Below, one piece after another: positions 9,727-18,982 of a stretch of DNA of 64,000 bases. The DNA is taken from positions 3,168,001-3,232,000 of the forward strand of contig CAVUDP010000002.1 in NCBI GenBank assembly GCA_963740315.1. Reading direction: 5' to 3'. The notes beneath the pieces were generated by a model. The model saw nothing but the letters and a program-made list of their open reading frames with translations, was not told the origin of the DNA and searched no databases. The stretch is from an uncultured cyanobacterium (GTDB lineage Bacteria > Cyanobacteriota > Cyanobacteriia > Cyanobacteriales > Nostocaceae). The translations under genes were made by a program, and so were the position numbers. Positions within the stretch are counted from its first letter, which is position 1. The number at the start of each line of letters is the position of its first letter.

Positions 9727-10683
9727 TCACCCTCTCACTCGTCGTCTAATTTCATAACCACCAAGTAACGCCATTGCTACTATCAAAGGTAGTAAATAGT
9801 AAACCGCTCGAAATGCTAACAGCGAACCCAAAGCCGCAGCGGAATTAACTGATGTTGGTAGCAGCAATAAAGTAACTGTTTCAAACACACCTAAACCACC
9901 AGGAACATGACTAATAATGCTGACAATCATCGCTAATAGGTAAATACCAAAAAAACCCGGATAGGATAAAGGGGTATTAGTTGGAAGTAAAACATAAAGT
10001 ACTCCAGCAGCAAATGCCCAATCAAGAAAAGAAACTGTTATTTGTGTTAGAGATGAAGTTAAACTTGGGATGGCAAAACTTTTTCCTTTGATGATTAACG
10101 GCTTTTTTCTAACAGCGCAAAGTATCAGATATGTAATTACAATTAGTAATAAAATAAACCCGATAGGATGAACCGAAACGAAAGGTAATTTTAATAAACT
10201 GGGTAAAGTTAAAGGTTCTATTAAAAAAGTTATTCCACCAACAGCAAATAATCCCAACCAAAAACACAGATTTTCAAAGGCAATAATTAAAGCAATTATT
10301 CGTGCTGGTACTCCCCAGTGAGAATAGAATCGATAGCGAATTGCACCACCAGATAAAGTTGCAAAACCTACTATATTACTGATAGCATGGCTGAGAAAGC
10401 CTACGAATAGAATTTTACCAGTACTTATGGGGTATTTAGAGTAACGAAAAGCGATAATATCGTAACTTGCAAAGGCAAGATAGCCTAAAGCAGTGAAAGC
10501 AATTGCCAAGCTTAACCTGAACCACGAAATTGCTTTTAAACTTCGCATTACTTCTGTTAATTGGTAATGCCGTATTTCTTGATTCAACGCCCACAAGCAT
10601 ACAATTAGAATTCCCAAACCGAAAAAGGGAAGCAGACGGTTAATTAGCTTTTCATTCATCTTATATATAGTAATTATTTGCAA
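9727..10683 (-). CDS. Lysylphosphatidylglycerol synthase TM/flippase domain (MprF N-terminal half, UPF0104)
   Basis: SGGAIRYRFY, SHVPGGLGVFE, FRAVYYLLP; multiple TM helices. Confidence 0.85.
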   Translation of the reverse strand: MQIITIYKMNEKLINRLLPFFGLGILIVCLWALNQEIRHYQLTEVMRSLKAISWFRLSLAIAFTALGYLAFASYDIIAFRYSKYPISTGKILFVGFLSHAISNIVGFATLSGGAIRYRFYSHWGVPARIIALIIAFENLCFWLGLFAVGGITFLIEPLTLPSLLKLPFVSVHPIGFILLLIVITYLILCAVRKKPLIIKGKSFAIPSLTSSLTQITVSFLDWAFAAGVLYVLLPTNTPLSYPGFFGIYLLAMIVSIISHVPGGLGVFETVTLLLLPTSVNSAAALGSLLAFRAVYYLLPLIVAMALLGGYEIRRRVRG

Positions 10684-10756
10684 ATATCAGCCAATCTTAA
10701 TTATTATCCAATCGTTGCTGCAACAATTCTTCCAACTTTGCCAAATGCTGCTTTTG

Positions 10757-11263
10757 TTATTTGAGCATTTGCATAACTTCCACTATTTGCTGTTCGCGCA
10801 ATTGATTAAGTTTATCGTGTACTAACTCAATTTCTAATTCTGCTTTTTTATTAACTTCGTAGTCATATTTTGCATCTTGACGATCGATTGTAGCCTGACG
10901 ATTTTGGCTCATCATAATGATCGGAGCCGCATAAGCTGCCTGAAAAGATAACATCAAATTGAGTAAAATAAATGGGTATGGGTCCCAATGTTGAGAAAAA
11001 GCTACGACATTTAAAAGAACCCAAAAGAATAAAATAACACTTTGAATAATAATAAAGCGCCAAGAACCCATTGTTGCAGCAACCGCATCTGCAACGCGAT
11101 CGCCTAATTTGCTCCTCTGGTTTGGCGGGTTTTGGGCTGGTTTGCGTTCCCTAAGTTTTACTAGTAACTTATATTCTTCCGGACTAACACGAGCGCGTAA
11201 GTTCCTATTACTTTTCATATTGGATTTTACATATTTATTATAGGTCGATCGAATTATTAGCAC
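10757..11263 (-). CDS. DUF1003 membrane protein (possibly prematurely stopped)
   Basis: GSWRFII, WDPYPFILLNLMLSFQAAYAAPIIMMSQNRQ. Confidence 0.85.
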   Translation of the reverse strand: MLIIRSTYNKYVKSNMKSNRNLRARVSPEEYKLLVKLRERKPAQNPPNQRSKLGDRVADAVAATMGSWRFIIIQSVILFFWVLLNVVAFSQHWDPYPFILLNLMLSFQAAYAAPIIMMSQNRQATIDRQDAKYDYEVNKKAELEIELVHDKLNQLREQQIVEVMQMLK

Positions 11264-11348
11264 TAATGTTGTTTTGAATTTTTAAATTTATATACTGTTA
11301 TAGACTTATAAATCCAATATTCATGCATTTATTAGTTAAAAATATTAC

Positions 11349-12083
11349 TTATCTATTCTCTACGTGTCTTGAATTTGAAGAGTGAAGAAAACGGTATTTC
11401 CATAACTTGAGCATGGTGATAGAAAGCATTAGCCACAAATAACCAACTCCATAACCAGCAATCACATCTGTTGGCCAATGTACCCCTAAATATAGCCGAC
11501 TCAAACCAATAGCACCGATTAATATAGCAGCAAAAATATAAATTATTTTAGAATATTTAGGATAATGAGACGATAGTAAATAAGCTATAAAACCATATAT
11601 TACCATCGAACCTAATGCATGACCGCTAGGATAACTAAAGCTCGTTTCATTAATTAATTGCTCCCAAAGTTGCGGACGCGATTTATTAAAGGCTAATTTT
11701 AAACCATAACTAAGCACAGTACCTCCAAGGGCATGAATTCCGAATATTTTGGCTTCTTGTCGATACCTCTTCCACCAAAGTATTCCAAAGCTACTAATGG
11801 TAATAGCGACCATAATCGTAGGATTACCTAGTTTTGTGATATTGAGCATGATACTATCCCATGTGGGATTAGCAAATTGATGTATCCATAGCAAAATAGT
11901 TTTATCAAAAGCAAAGGCTTCGTTTTCCCAAACTTCTTCTGAAAGCTCAGATAGAATATGGATAATTATTAAACAAGTGGCTAAACCAATAATTCCAGTA
12001 GTCGTAATTAAAGAAGCTATACGAGGATGTACGCGAGTAAACCAGAAGTTTATTAGTTTGCGTAGCGAATCTTGCACGTTCAT
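11349..12083 (-). CDS. PAP2-family phosphatase
   Basis: K-x6-RP, PSGH, SRLYLGVHWPTDV. Confidence 0.92.
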   Translation of the reverse strand: MNVQDSLRKLINFWFTRVHPRIASLITTTGIIGLATCLIIIHILSELSEEVWENEAFAFDKTILLWIHQFANPTWDSIMLNITKLGNPTIMVAITISSFGILWWKRYRQEAKIFGIHALGGTVLSYGLKLAFNKSRPQLWEQLINETSFSYPSGHALGSMVIYGFIAYLLSSHYPKYSKIIYIFAAILIGAIGLSRLYLGVHWPTDVIAGYGVGYLWLMLSITMLKLWKYRFLHSSNSRHVENR

Positions 12084-12157
12084 ATATTTATTTTTCCCAA
12101 TTAATATAAAGTCCTGTAAAATAAATTTGATTTAAGCTGTTAATTGTATCTATTACG

Positions 12158-13552
12158 TTGCATTTACTCAAAGGATTGGACTATGAAGAAAGTTTATTAG
12201 CAGTAGTATTATTAGTTCAATTAATTTTAATGCGCGGTTTATTTACCGCACAATCTGACCGTCCTTCGATTGCTCAAGGAATTAGAGTTTTGATAATAGC
12301 TCTGTTATTTACTTTAACTTACGGTACGGTTGGCTTTTTTCTACTAAATAAACAATATAGTGTAAATTTCAATTTGCTAGAAGCATTGCAACAAACTCTG
12401 GCAATGTTTTTCACTTTTGATAATGCAGGTTTGCAGCCAACTACTAGATTTGGACGCTTCTTTTCTAATTCGATATATTTCGTCGGCGCTACTACTTTAA
12501 TTTATGCTTTATTCATGCTTCTGCATCCGGTACTGTTAAGAACTACTTTTGAAACAGAAAGACAATATGTGAAAGAAGTTGTCGAGCAGTATGGTAAATC
12601 TTCTTTGGCAAGGTTTACTCTATTTAATGATAAAGCTTATTATTTGAGTCCTACTGGTAAAAGTGTGATTGCTTACGTTCCTAAAGGACGTGGTGCAGTG
12701 GCTTTGGGCGACCCCATTGGGGCTAAAGAAGACCGTAAGGATGCCATAAAAGGTTTTCAGGAATTTTGCGCTCAAAATGATTGGTATCCGAGCTTTTATC
12801 AAACTTTACCAGATGACCTGGATCTGTATAAATCTTTAGGTTTTAAAGTTGTTCAAATCGGAGAAGAAGCGATTGTCGATCTAAAAGCTTTTACCGTTGA
12901 AGGTAAAGCCGGAAAGAATTTAAGAACGGCTATAAATCGCTTTGCTAAGTTAAATTATCAAGTCAAATTTTATCAGCCACCGATTGATAATGAGTTATTA
13001 CAAAAACTAAAAGTTATCAGCGATCAATGGTTGAAAATGATGCAGGGTTCCGAAAAAAGATTTTCGGTTGGTTGGTTTGATGAGGATTACCTGCGCGATT
13101 GTGAAATTGCCGTGGTGGAAACGAATGATGGTGAAATTAGCGCTTTTGCTAATATTATCCCCGAATATCAATTAAATGAAATTACCATTGATTTAATGCG
13201 ACGTAAAACAGAAGTTGAAAATGGAACAATGGATTTCTTGTTTATTTCGATGTTTAAATATTTCAAAGATAAAGGATATGAAGGCTTTAATCTCGGTTTG
13301 TCAGCCCTTTCTGGAGTGGGTGAAAATCAAGAATCACCCAAGTTACAAAAGGGTTTACATTATCTCTACGAACATTTGAATCGATTTTACAACTTTCAAG
13401 GGCTGCACGGATTCAAAGAAAAGTTTAAACCTCGTTGGGAACCCCGTTATTTAGTTTACCCAAGTCTAAATAGTTTACCCGATGTAATCATTGCTTTAGT
13501 CAGGGCTGATTCTGGGGATAGACTTTTGGATTACTTTAAATCTGGAACTTAA
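12158..13552 (+). CDS. mprF: Phosphatidylglycerol lysyltransferase catalytic half (MprF-C, DUF2156), apparently 5'-truncated
   Basis: HLLKGLDYEE, ALGDPIG, IGEEA, EKRFSVG, IDLMR, FKEKFKPRWEPRYL. Confidence 0.82.
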   Translation: MHLLKGLDYEESLLAVVLLVQLILMRGLFTAQSDRPSIAQGIRVLIIALLFTLTYGTVGFFLLNKQYSVNFNLLEALQQTLAMFFTFDNAGLQPTTRFGRFFSNSIYFVGATTLIYALFMLLHPVLLRTTFETERQYVKEVVEQYGKSSLARFTLFNDKAYYLSPTGKSVIAYVPKGRGAVALGDPIGAKEDRKDAIKGFQEFCAQNDWYPSFYQTLPDDLDLYKSLGFKVVQIGEEAIVDLKAFTVEGKAGKNLRTAINRFAKLNYQVKFYQPPIDNELLQKLKVISDQWLKMMQGSEKRFSVGWFDEDYLRDCEIAVVETNDGEISAFANIIPEYQLNEITIDLMRRKTEVENGTMDFLFISMFKYFKDKGYEGFNLGLSALSGVGENQESPKLQKGLHYLYEHLNRFYNFQGLHGFKEKFKPRWEPRYLVYPSLNSLPDVIIALVRADSGDRLLDYFKSGT

Positions 13553-13690
13553 TTATTAAAAGCTTTGATATAGGAATCCGGCTTAAATATTGAAACCATT
13601 CGTTATCAAAGGGAACAGGGAACAGGGAATAGGGAACAGAAATTGTATTGAAACTATAAGTAATTTAAGCATCATTCAAAAGTCAATTTT

Positions 13691-14158
13691 TTATAAACTG
13701 ATTTCTTTCCATAATCGAGCTTCTGCAAAACGACTAAGATGTTTAACGTTAGTTGTCGCTATTACAACATTACGACTGGGAAATTCTTCTTTAAGCATCT
13801 GCCAATGACCGCAGATTATAATGTCAATATCAAGTGTTTTATTGTCTGCTGTCGGTACTCCTTGAATACGGGCTTTTGCCCACAGCGAAGCGGCTCTTGT
13901 TAATAATAAGGGTGAAATAGGTAAAAAGTCTATTAATTCTCTCAATTCATCGAAGTTTTTAATGCTATTTAAATGAGGCTTTTTATTACTTTCTAAGATT
14001 AGATTTCTCCTAACTTCATAGTCGCATAAATCAGAAGAGCAAATATAAACACCCTGAGAAAATAACCTATATAGCCATTGTTCGCAATCACTGGCTTCGC
14101 CTAATTTATTTGGATTGGCAAGAATTCCTAATACTCCAGAATCGATAAAAACTATCAT
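13691..14158 (-). CDS. PIN-domain (VapC-like) toxin
   Basis: IVFIDSG, YEVRR, DIDIII, IATTNVKHL acidic PIN pattern. Confidence 0.8.
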   Translation of the reverse strand: MIVFIDSGVLGILANPNKLGEASDCEQWLYRLFSQGVYICSSDLCDYEVRRNLILESNKKPHLNSIKNFDELRELIDFLPISPLLLTRAASLWAKARIQGVPTADNKTLDIDIIICGHWQMLKEEFPSRNVVIATTNVKHLSRFAEARLWKEISL

Positions 14159-14550
14159 GTCTGTGAATATAATTTATGTCCTGGAAGTCTATCTCTATCA
14201 ATAGAATGTTTAAATGAATCAAACAATTCTGCTCGTTCTTTTGATTCTTCTTCAGGCATATTCTGATGCCGCTTTATACGTTGAGTCAAAAGAGATATCG
14301 CTTTTTGATTTTTCTGTAACTGCTCTTCTTTGTTCCAGTCGGAATATATATTATTAGCTTGCTTTGCTTTCTCTAATTGCAAAATTCGTTTCAGTGCGCT
14401 AGCATCCGATGCTTCTAAAATAATAGGCTTTGTATAACCCGACATTAAGAGATGATAACTAATTTTATTCTCATCATCGTTAGGAATCAAAGCAATAAAA
14501 TTAGCTATATTCAAAATTTTTCCGCTAGGAAGTTCTACAGAATTGTTCAT
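14155..14550 (-). CDS. Hypothetical protein, putative antitoxin
   Basis: 4-nt ATGA overlap with the PIN gene; KNQKAISLL and IDRDR segments. Confidence 0.6.
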   Translation of the reverse strand: MNNSVELPSGKILNIANFIALIPNDDENKISYHLLMSGYTKPIILEASDASALKRILQLEKAKQANNIYSDWNKEEQLQKNQKAISLLTQRIKRHQNMPEEESKERAELFDSFKHSIDRDRLPGHKLYSQT

Positions 14551-14685
14551 ATAGAGAAAGCTTATTTTAGTAATTTCCTTACTATTTTACCAAAAAGGCG
14601 ATAAAGGAATTACCAAGCAGGTTACATCAAATAGTATTAGCTAAGTTGAAAACTGGCGCAATTTATCTTGAATAAGTAAGGTTTC

Positions 14686-15657
14686 TTAAAGCCCCAAATC
14701 CTCATCCAAACCGAGCATAATATTCAGATTCTGCACCGCCGCACCGGAAGCACCTTTCCCTAAATTATCCAATCGCGCTACTAATAAAGCTTCTTTCGTT
14801 TCATCATTCGCAAATACAAAAACTTGCACTAAGTTGGTATTATTCGCTGCTTGAACATCAAGAAACTTACCCTTGCGTAAGGAACCATCATCGTTTAAAG
14901 GCGCGACGGAAACGTATTTTTCGTTTTGATAATATTCTTCGAGCGTTTTATGAATCAATTCACCACTAAGTTTATTTTTAAGTTGATTTTGCAGCGAGTG
15001 TAAAGGTAAAGGAATCTGCACCAACATTCCTTTTTCAAAATTACCTACAGCGGGAACAAATAATGGTGGAGACTGCAAACCCGAATGCTCGTGCATTTCT
15101 TTGACGTGTTTATGTGCGAAAGTTAAACCGTAGATTCCGTAAGCATAACTGTTTGCTTGTTCCTCAGAAGCGCTTTGATATTCTTCCATCAGTTTTCTTC
15201 CTCCTCCCGAATACCCAGAAATGGCGTTGATAGTTGCAGGAAAATCTTTGGGGATAATACCTGCTGCTACTAAAGGACGCATGCAGGCTAAAAACCCGGT
15301 TGGGTAGCATCCGGGGTTACTGACTCGTGTAGCGTTTCTAATTTCTTGCCGACGTTTTTGTTCTAATTCGGGAAAGCCGTACACCCAGCCACTGGCAACG
15401 CGATGAGCGGAACTTGCATCTAATATTTTGACGCTGGGGTTGGTGACAAAACTGACGGCTTCGCGGGCTGCATCATCGGGTAAACAAAGAATGGCAACGT
15501 CTGCTGAGTTGATGAAGTGCGATCGCGCTTGAGCATCTTTGCGTTTTTCTGGAGGTATGCTGACAATTTCAATATCATCGCGCTCGTTTAAACGCGAGTG
15601 AATTTGCAATCCTGTGGTACCTTCTGCGCCATCAATAAAAACTGTAGGTTTGCCCAT
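14686..15657 (-). CDS. argC: N-acetyl-gamma-glutamyl-phosphate reductase (short type)
   Basis: VFIDGAEGTTGL, SNPGCYPT, SGYSGGG, DNLGKGASGAAVQN. Confidence 0.93.
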   Translation of the reverse strand: MGKPTVFIDGAEGTTGLQIHSRLNERDDIEIVSIPPEKRKDAQARSHFINSADVAILCLPDDAAREAVSFVTNPSVKILDASSAHRVASGWVYGFPELEQKRRQEIRNATRVSNPGCYPTGFLACMRPLVAAGIIPKDFPATINAISGYSGGGRKLMEEYQSASEEQANSYAYGIYGLTFAHKHVKEMHEHSGLQSPPLFVPAVGNFEKGMLVQIPLPLHSLQNQLKNKLSGELIHKTLEEYYQNEKYVSVAPLNDDGSLRKGKFLDVQAANNTNLVQVFVFANDETKEALLVARLDNLGKGASGAAVQNLNIMLGLDEDLGL

Positions 15658-16328
15658 AATTCCATACCTTTCCTGAAAAACTCGGAGATGCTTTTATATT
15701 TTCTCATCAATGTTGTGTAATTTCCACCATTGTTTATTCGTACAATTGGTTAAATTAATAATTAATTCAATGTGTATATTGTTTCATCTATTTAATTTCT
15801 TTCAGATATAAATGCCCATAAACATAGGTTTTATATGCGATTGATATAGCTAGTCGATAAAGCGTTTTATTGAGACTAAATTATTAATATTGCGATCGCT
15901 ATAATCTACGGAGATCGTTGTTATTTATGAATACTTTTTTATACGGACTATTTTGAGATAATTTCATTATTTAAATTCTTTATTCAAAATTAAATCATAT
16001 ATTATTTATTATAATTTAAGCGAATTACTAAAGCATTTATATAGAAAATACAAGTACTCAAGGGCTGAATTCACTATAAAGAATTTAAAAAATACAACTA
16101 TTGTAATTTAGAAAAATGATTTACTGTTTCAAATGATTTTAATTTTTGAAATGCCCCTACATTAACAGCTTGAAGTTATTGTAATATTGTTTGATTTTGT
16201 GAAATCAGGAAAAACAATAGATATCTAATATTCGATTTGTTTATATTCATAAAATTGCGGTAATTCATAACTTAGTATGTGAATGGTTACGTCATAACCC
16301 TAAGTAGAACTCTAAAGGAAATAAAAAA

Positions 16329-18041
16329 ATGGATGATGAAAATACTATTTCAGTTCTAGAAACCGATACTGTGAATGATTCGGATGTTGATGCAACCGAC
16401 ACTACGAATGATTCGGATGTCAATCCAACCGAGCAAACCGACACTACGAATGATTCGGATGTTGATGCAACCGATGCAACCGATGCAACCGATACTGTGA
16501 ATGGTTCGGATGTCGATCCAACCGAGCAAACCGACACTACGAATGATTCGGATGTTGATGCAACCGATGCAACCGATGCAACCGATACAACCGATACAAC
16601 CGATACTGTGAATGGTTCGGATGTCAATCCAACCGAGCAAACCGACACTACGAATGATTCGGATGTTGATGGAACTGATGCAACCGATGCAACTGATGCA
16701 ACCGATACAACCGATACTGTGAATGATTCGGATGTCAATCCAACCGAGCAAACCGACACTACGAATGATTCGGATGTTGATGGAACTGATGCAACCGATG
16801 CAACTGATGCAACTGATGCAACTGATGCAACTGATGCAACTGATACTGTGAATGATTCGGATGTTGATGGAACTGATGCAACTGATGCAACTGATGCAAC
16901 TGATGCAACTGATGCAACTGATGCAACTGATACTGTGAATGATTCGGATGTTGATGGAACTGATGCAACTGATGCAACTGATGCAACCGATGCAACCGAT
17001 GGAACTGATGCAACTGATGCAACCGATGCAACCGATGCAACTGATGCAACTGATGCAACCGATGCAACCGATGGAACTGATGCAACTGATGCAACCGATG
17101 CAACTGATGCAACGGGTACTACGAATGGTTCGGATGTCGATGGAACTGGTACAATACCCGATTTAACTAATATACCTGCTCCCGCAGAAGATATATCTGA
17201 GGTAAGACAAGCTGAGTCAGAGTTTTCCCTACAGGAATCTTTGATCGTAGACAGCTTTATTGACAACGGTAGCTTTGAGGGTAGTTTCTTTGAACCAGAG
17301 CCGGGTACCGATACAGGCACTTTCCGGAATTGGCGAACCATTGGCGATACCAGCATTGAGACAAGAGAAATTGGCATCGCCCCTACCGATGGAGAATCCC
17401 AGGCTTTAATTACCAATGGTTTTAGTGATTCAGGTGGTTCGGTTGAAGAATCAGATTTGTCAGAATTTTTGGATTTAACACCTGGTTCTCTCGATGCTCT
17501 GCTTGAAGGGAATGCAACAGAAGGATCGGGAATCAAACAAACATTTATCGCACTAGCTGGCGATATTTTAGAGTTTGACTATACCCTTCTTACCAATGAA
17601 GCTACGCCATCGGCAACTTTCAACGATTCAGCTTTCTTCACTCTTGGTAATTCTGTTGACAATCCTTCTGAAGATCCCATTACCAACCCTGTTGGCAACT
17701 TTGCTTTAGAACTAAGCGATACATTCGATCCAACTTTCTCTAGCGATAATCCTGTAGAAGGTTATTTAGAAGCTACAGACACTCAAACAATTAGAATTGC
17801 AATTTCTGAAGCTGGAAGATATGAGTTAGGCTTCGGAATTGTAGATTTAACTGATACTATTGCCGATTCTGGCATATTGATTGACGATGTAAAGCTGATC
17901 CCAATCGGTGTTGGTCCTTTCGGTTCGCAAAGTGTTGATGGTTCTGTCCAAACTGAAAATGGTACTATTAATCCGTCGGTAAATTTCACTTTTGGAAATA
18001 ATGGTTTTGAACCTGCGATCGCTTCTCCAGAGTCCCTTTAA
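16329..18041 (+). CDS. Hyper-acidic Thr-Asp-Ala repeat protein with a C-terminal globular beta-rich domain
   Basis: 570-aa ORF, AAGGA RBS, non-repetitive C-terminal domain in the same frame, terminator downstream. Confidence 0.85.
   Translation: MDDENTISVLETDTVNDSDVDATDTTNDSDVNPTEQTDTTNDSDVDATDATDATDTVNGSDVDPTEQTDTTNDSDVDATDATDATDTTDTTDTVNGSDVNPTEQTDTTNDSDVDGTDATDATDATDTTDTVNDSDVNPTEQTDTTNDSDVDGTDATDATDATDATDATDATDTVNDSDVDGTDATDATDATDATDATDATDTVNDSDVDGTDATDATDATDATDGTDATDATDATDATDATDATDATDGTDATDATDATDATGTTNGSDVDGTGTIPDLTNIPAPAEDISEVRQAESEFSLQESLIVDSFIDNGSFEGSFFEPEPGTDTGTFRNWRTIGDTSIETREIGIAPTDGESQALITNGFSDSGGSVEESDLSEFLDLTPGSLDALLEGNATEGSGIKQTFIALAGDILEFDYTLLTNEATPSATFNDSAFFTLGNSVDNPSEDPITNPVGNFALELSDTFDPTFSSDNPVEGYLEATDTQTIRIAISEAGRYELGFGIVDLTDTIADSGILIDDVKLIPIGVGPFGSQSVDGSVQTENGTINPSVNFTFGNNGFEPAIASPESL
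16362..17148 (+). repeat. Coding tandem repeat: 9-bp GATGCAAC[CT] units plus longer NDSDV-containing units
   Basis: Directly visible in the sequence. Confidence 0.95.
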
Positions 18042-18093
18042 TAATTAAATCCGCGAACATTTGTTTGTAGTCTCCATGTAGAGCAATAAACTC

Positions 18094-18138
18094 AAACCCG
18101 GTTTCGGCGCTCCTAACCCTCGAAACCGGGTTTTTTTT
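18094..18138 (+). terminator. Rho-independent terminator
   Basis: AAACCCGGTTTCG...CGAAACCGGGTTT 13-bp stem running into a T8 tract. Confidence 0.75.
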
Positions 18139-18244
18139 GCGCGATCGCTGAATTAGTTAAGAATATTTGTGTAACAATTAATGGAATAATAGGTTTATTT
18201 GTAACATTAATTTAATAGACCGATTTTTCCTGTCATAATTCAAA

Positions 18245-18901
18245 ATGAAATCCGCGAATCGCAGGCTGTTTCTTGTTATTGGTTTAGTTGTACTTCTAGT
18301 TTTTGGCTACGGAGGCTATCAAGTTGGGCGCTATTTTTTGAGCGGACGTACAGCAAGTAATTCGGCAAATACGGAAGCTAAAAAAGACGACAAAGTTAAA
18401 ATGAGTTTGGGTAATTTTCAGGAACTTGAAGGTACGCCTTATTTGATGGCACCTGTTAGTTCTCAAGAAAATAATCGTGAAAATTCTTACAATAAAAAAG
18501 CTTCGCGTATTCGTAACTATTTATTTGTCAACACTAACGATAAATCTGCACGGCGATTGGTTTCTACAAATGACTTTTTGTTTTTAAATGCCCAAGAAGT
18601 AGTTCTGCAAAGGCGTGAAGATAAAATTGTTAGCGGAATGTGGTATGAAGTGGTTAAAGCTGATAGCAATAAAGATCGACGTTTAGACGATCGAGATAAG
18701 AAAGCGATCGCCATTTCTGATATTTCCGGAAGCGATTATACGGAAATAATTGATGAAGTCGATCGGGTATTAGGTTCGTATCAGAAGAATTCAACGACTT
18801 TGTTTGTATTTTACGAATTTGACGGTAGAGAGTATGTAGGTGAAATTAGTATTCCTAGACGTGTATTAGTTGAAAAACAAGTATTACCTTCAATTAGGTG
18901 A
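18245..18901 (+). CDS. Hypothetical membrane-anchored protein with an EF-hand-like loop
   Basis: N-terminal TM helix; DSNKDRRLDDRD loop. Confidence 0.7.
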   Translation: MKSANRRLFLVIGLVVLLVFGYGGYQVGRYFLSGRTASNSANTEAKKDDKVKMSLGNFQELEGTPYLMAPVSSQENNRENSYNKKASRIRNYLFVNTNDKSARRLVSTNDFLFLNAQEVVLQRREDKIVSGMWYEVVKADSNKDRRLDDRDKKAIAISDISGSDYTEIIDEVDRVLGSYQKNSTTLFVFYEFDGREYVGEISIPRRVLVEKQVLPSIR

Positions 18902-18921
18902 ATCATTAATTCCGACGGGTT

Positions 18922-18946
18922 GTAGAGACGTAGCACTGCTACGTCT
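18922..18946 (+). repeat. GTAG-REP family A
   Basis: GTAG-AGACGTAGCA-C-TGCTACGTCT. Confidence 0.75.
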
Positions 18947-18982
18947 TCCTAAAGTTACGGGAAAAAGTTCACTTACGTCAAA

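Noticed and set aside
16292..17536. 414-aa (VAS)n antisense ORF and other repeat ORFs (16356-16751, 16759-17112, 16939-17166)
   Set aside because: Shadow frames of the 9-bp repeat; the plus frame has the RBS, the globular domain and the terminator
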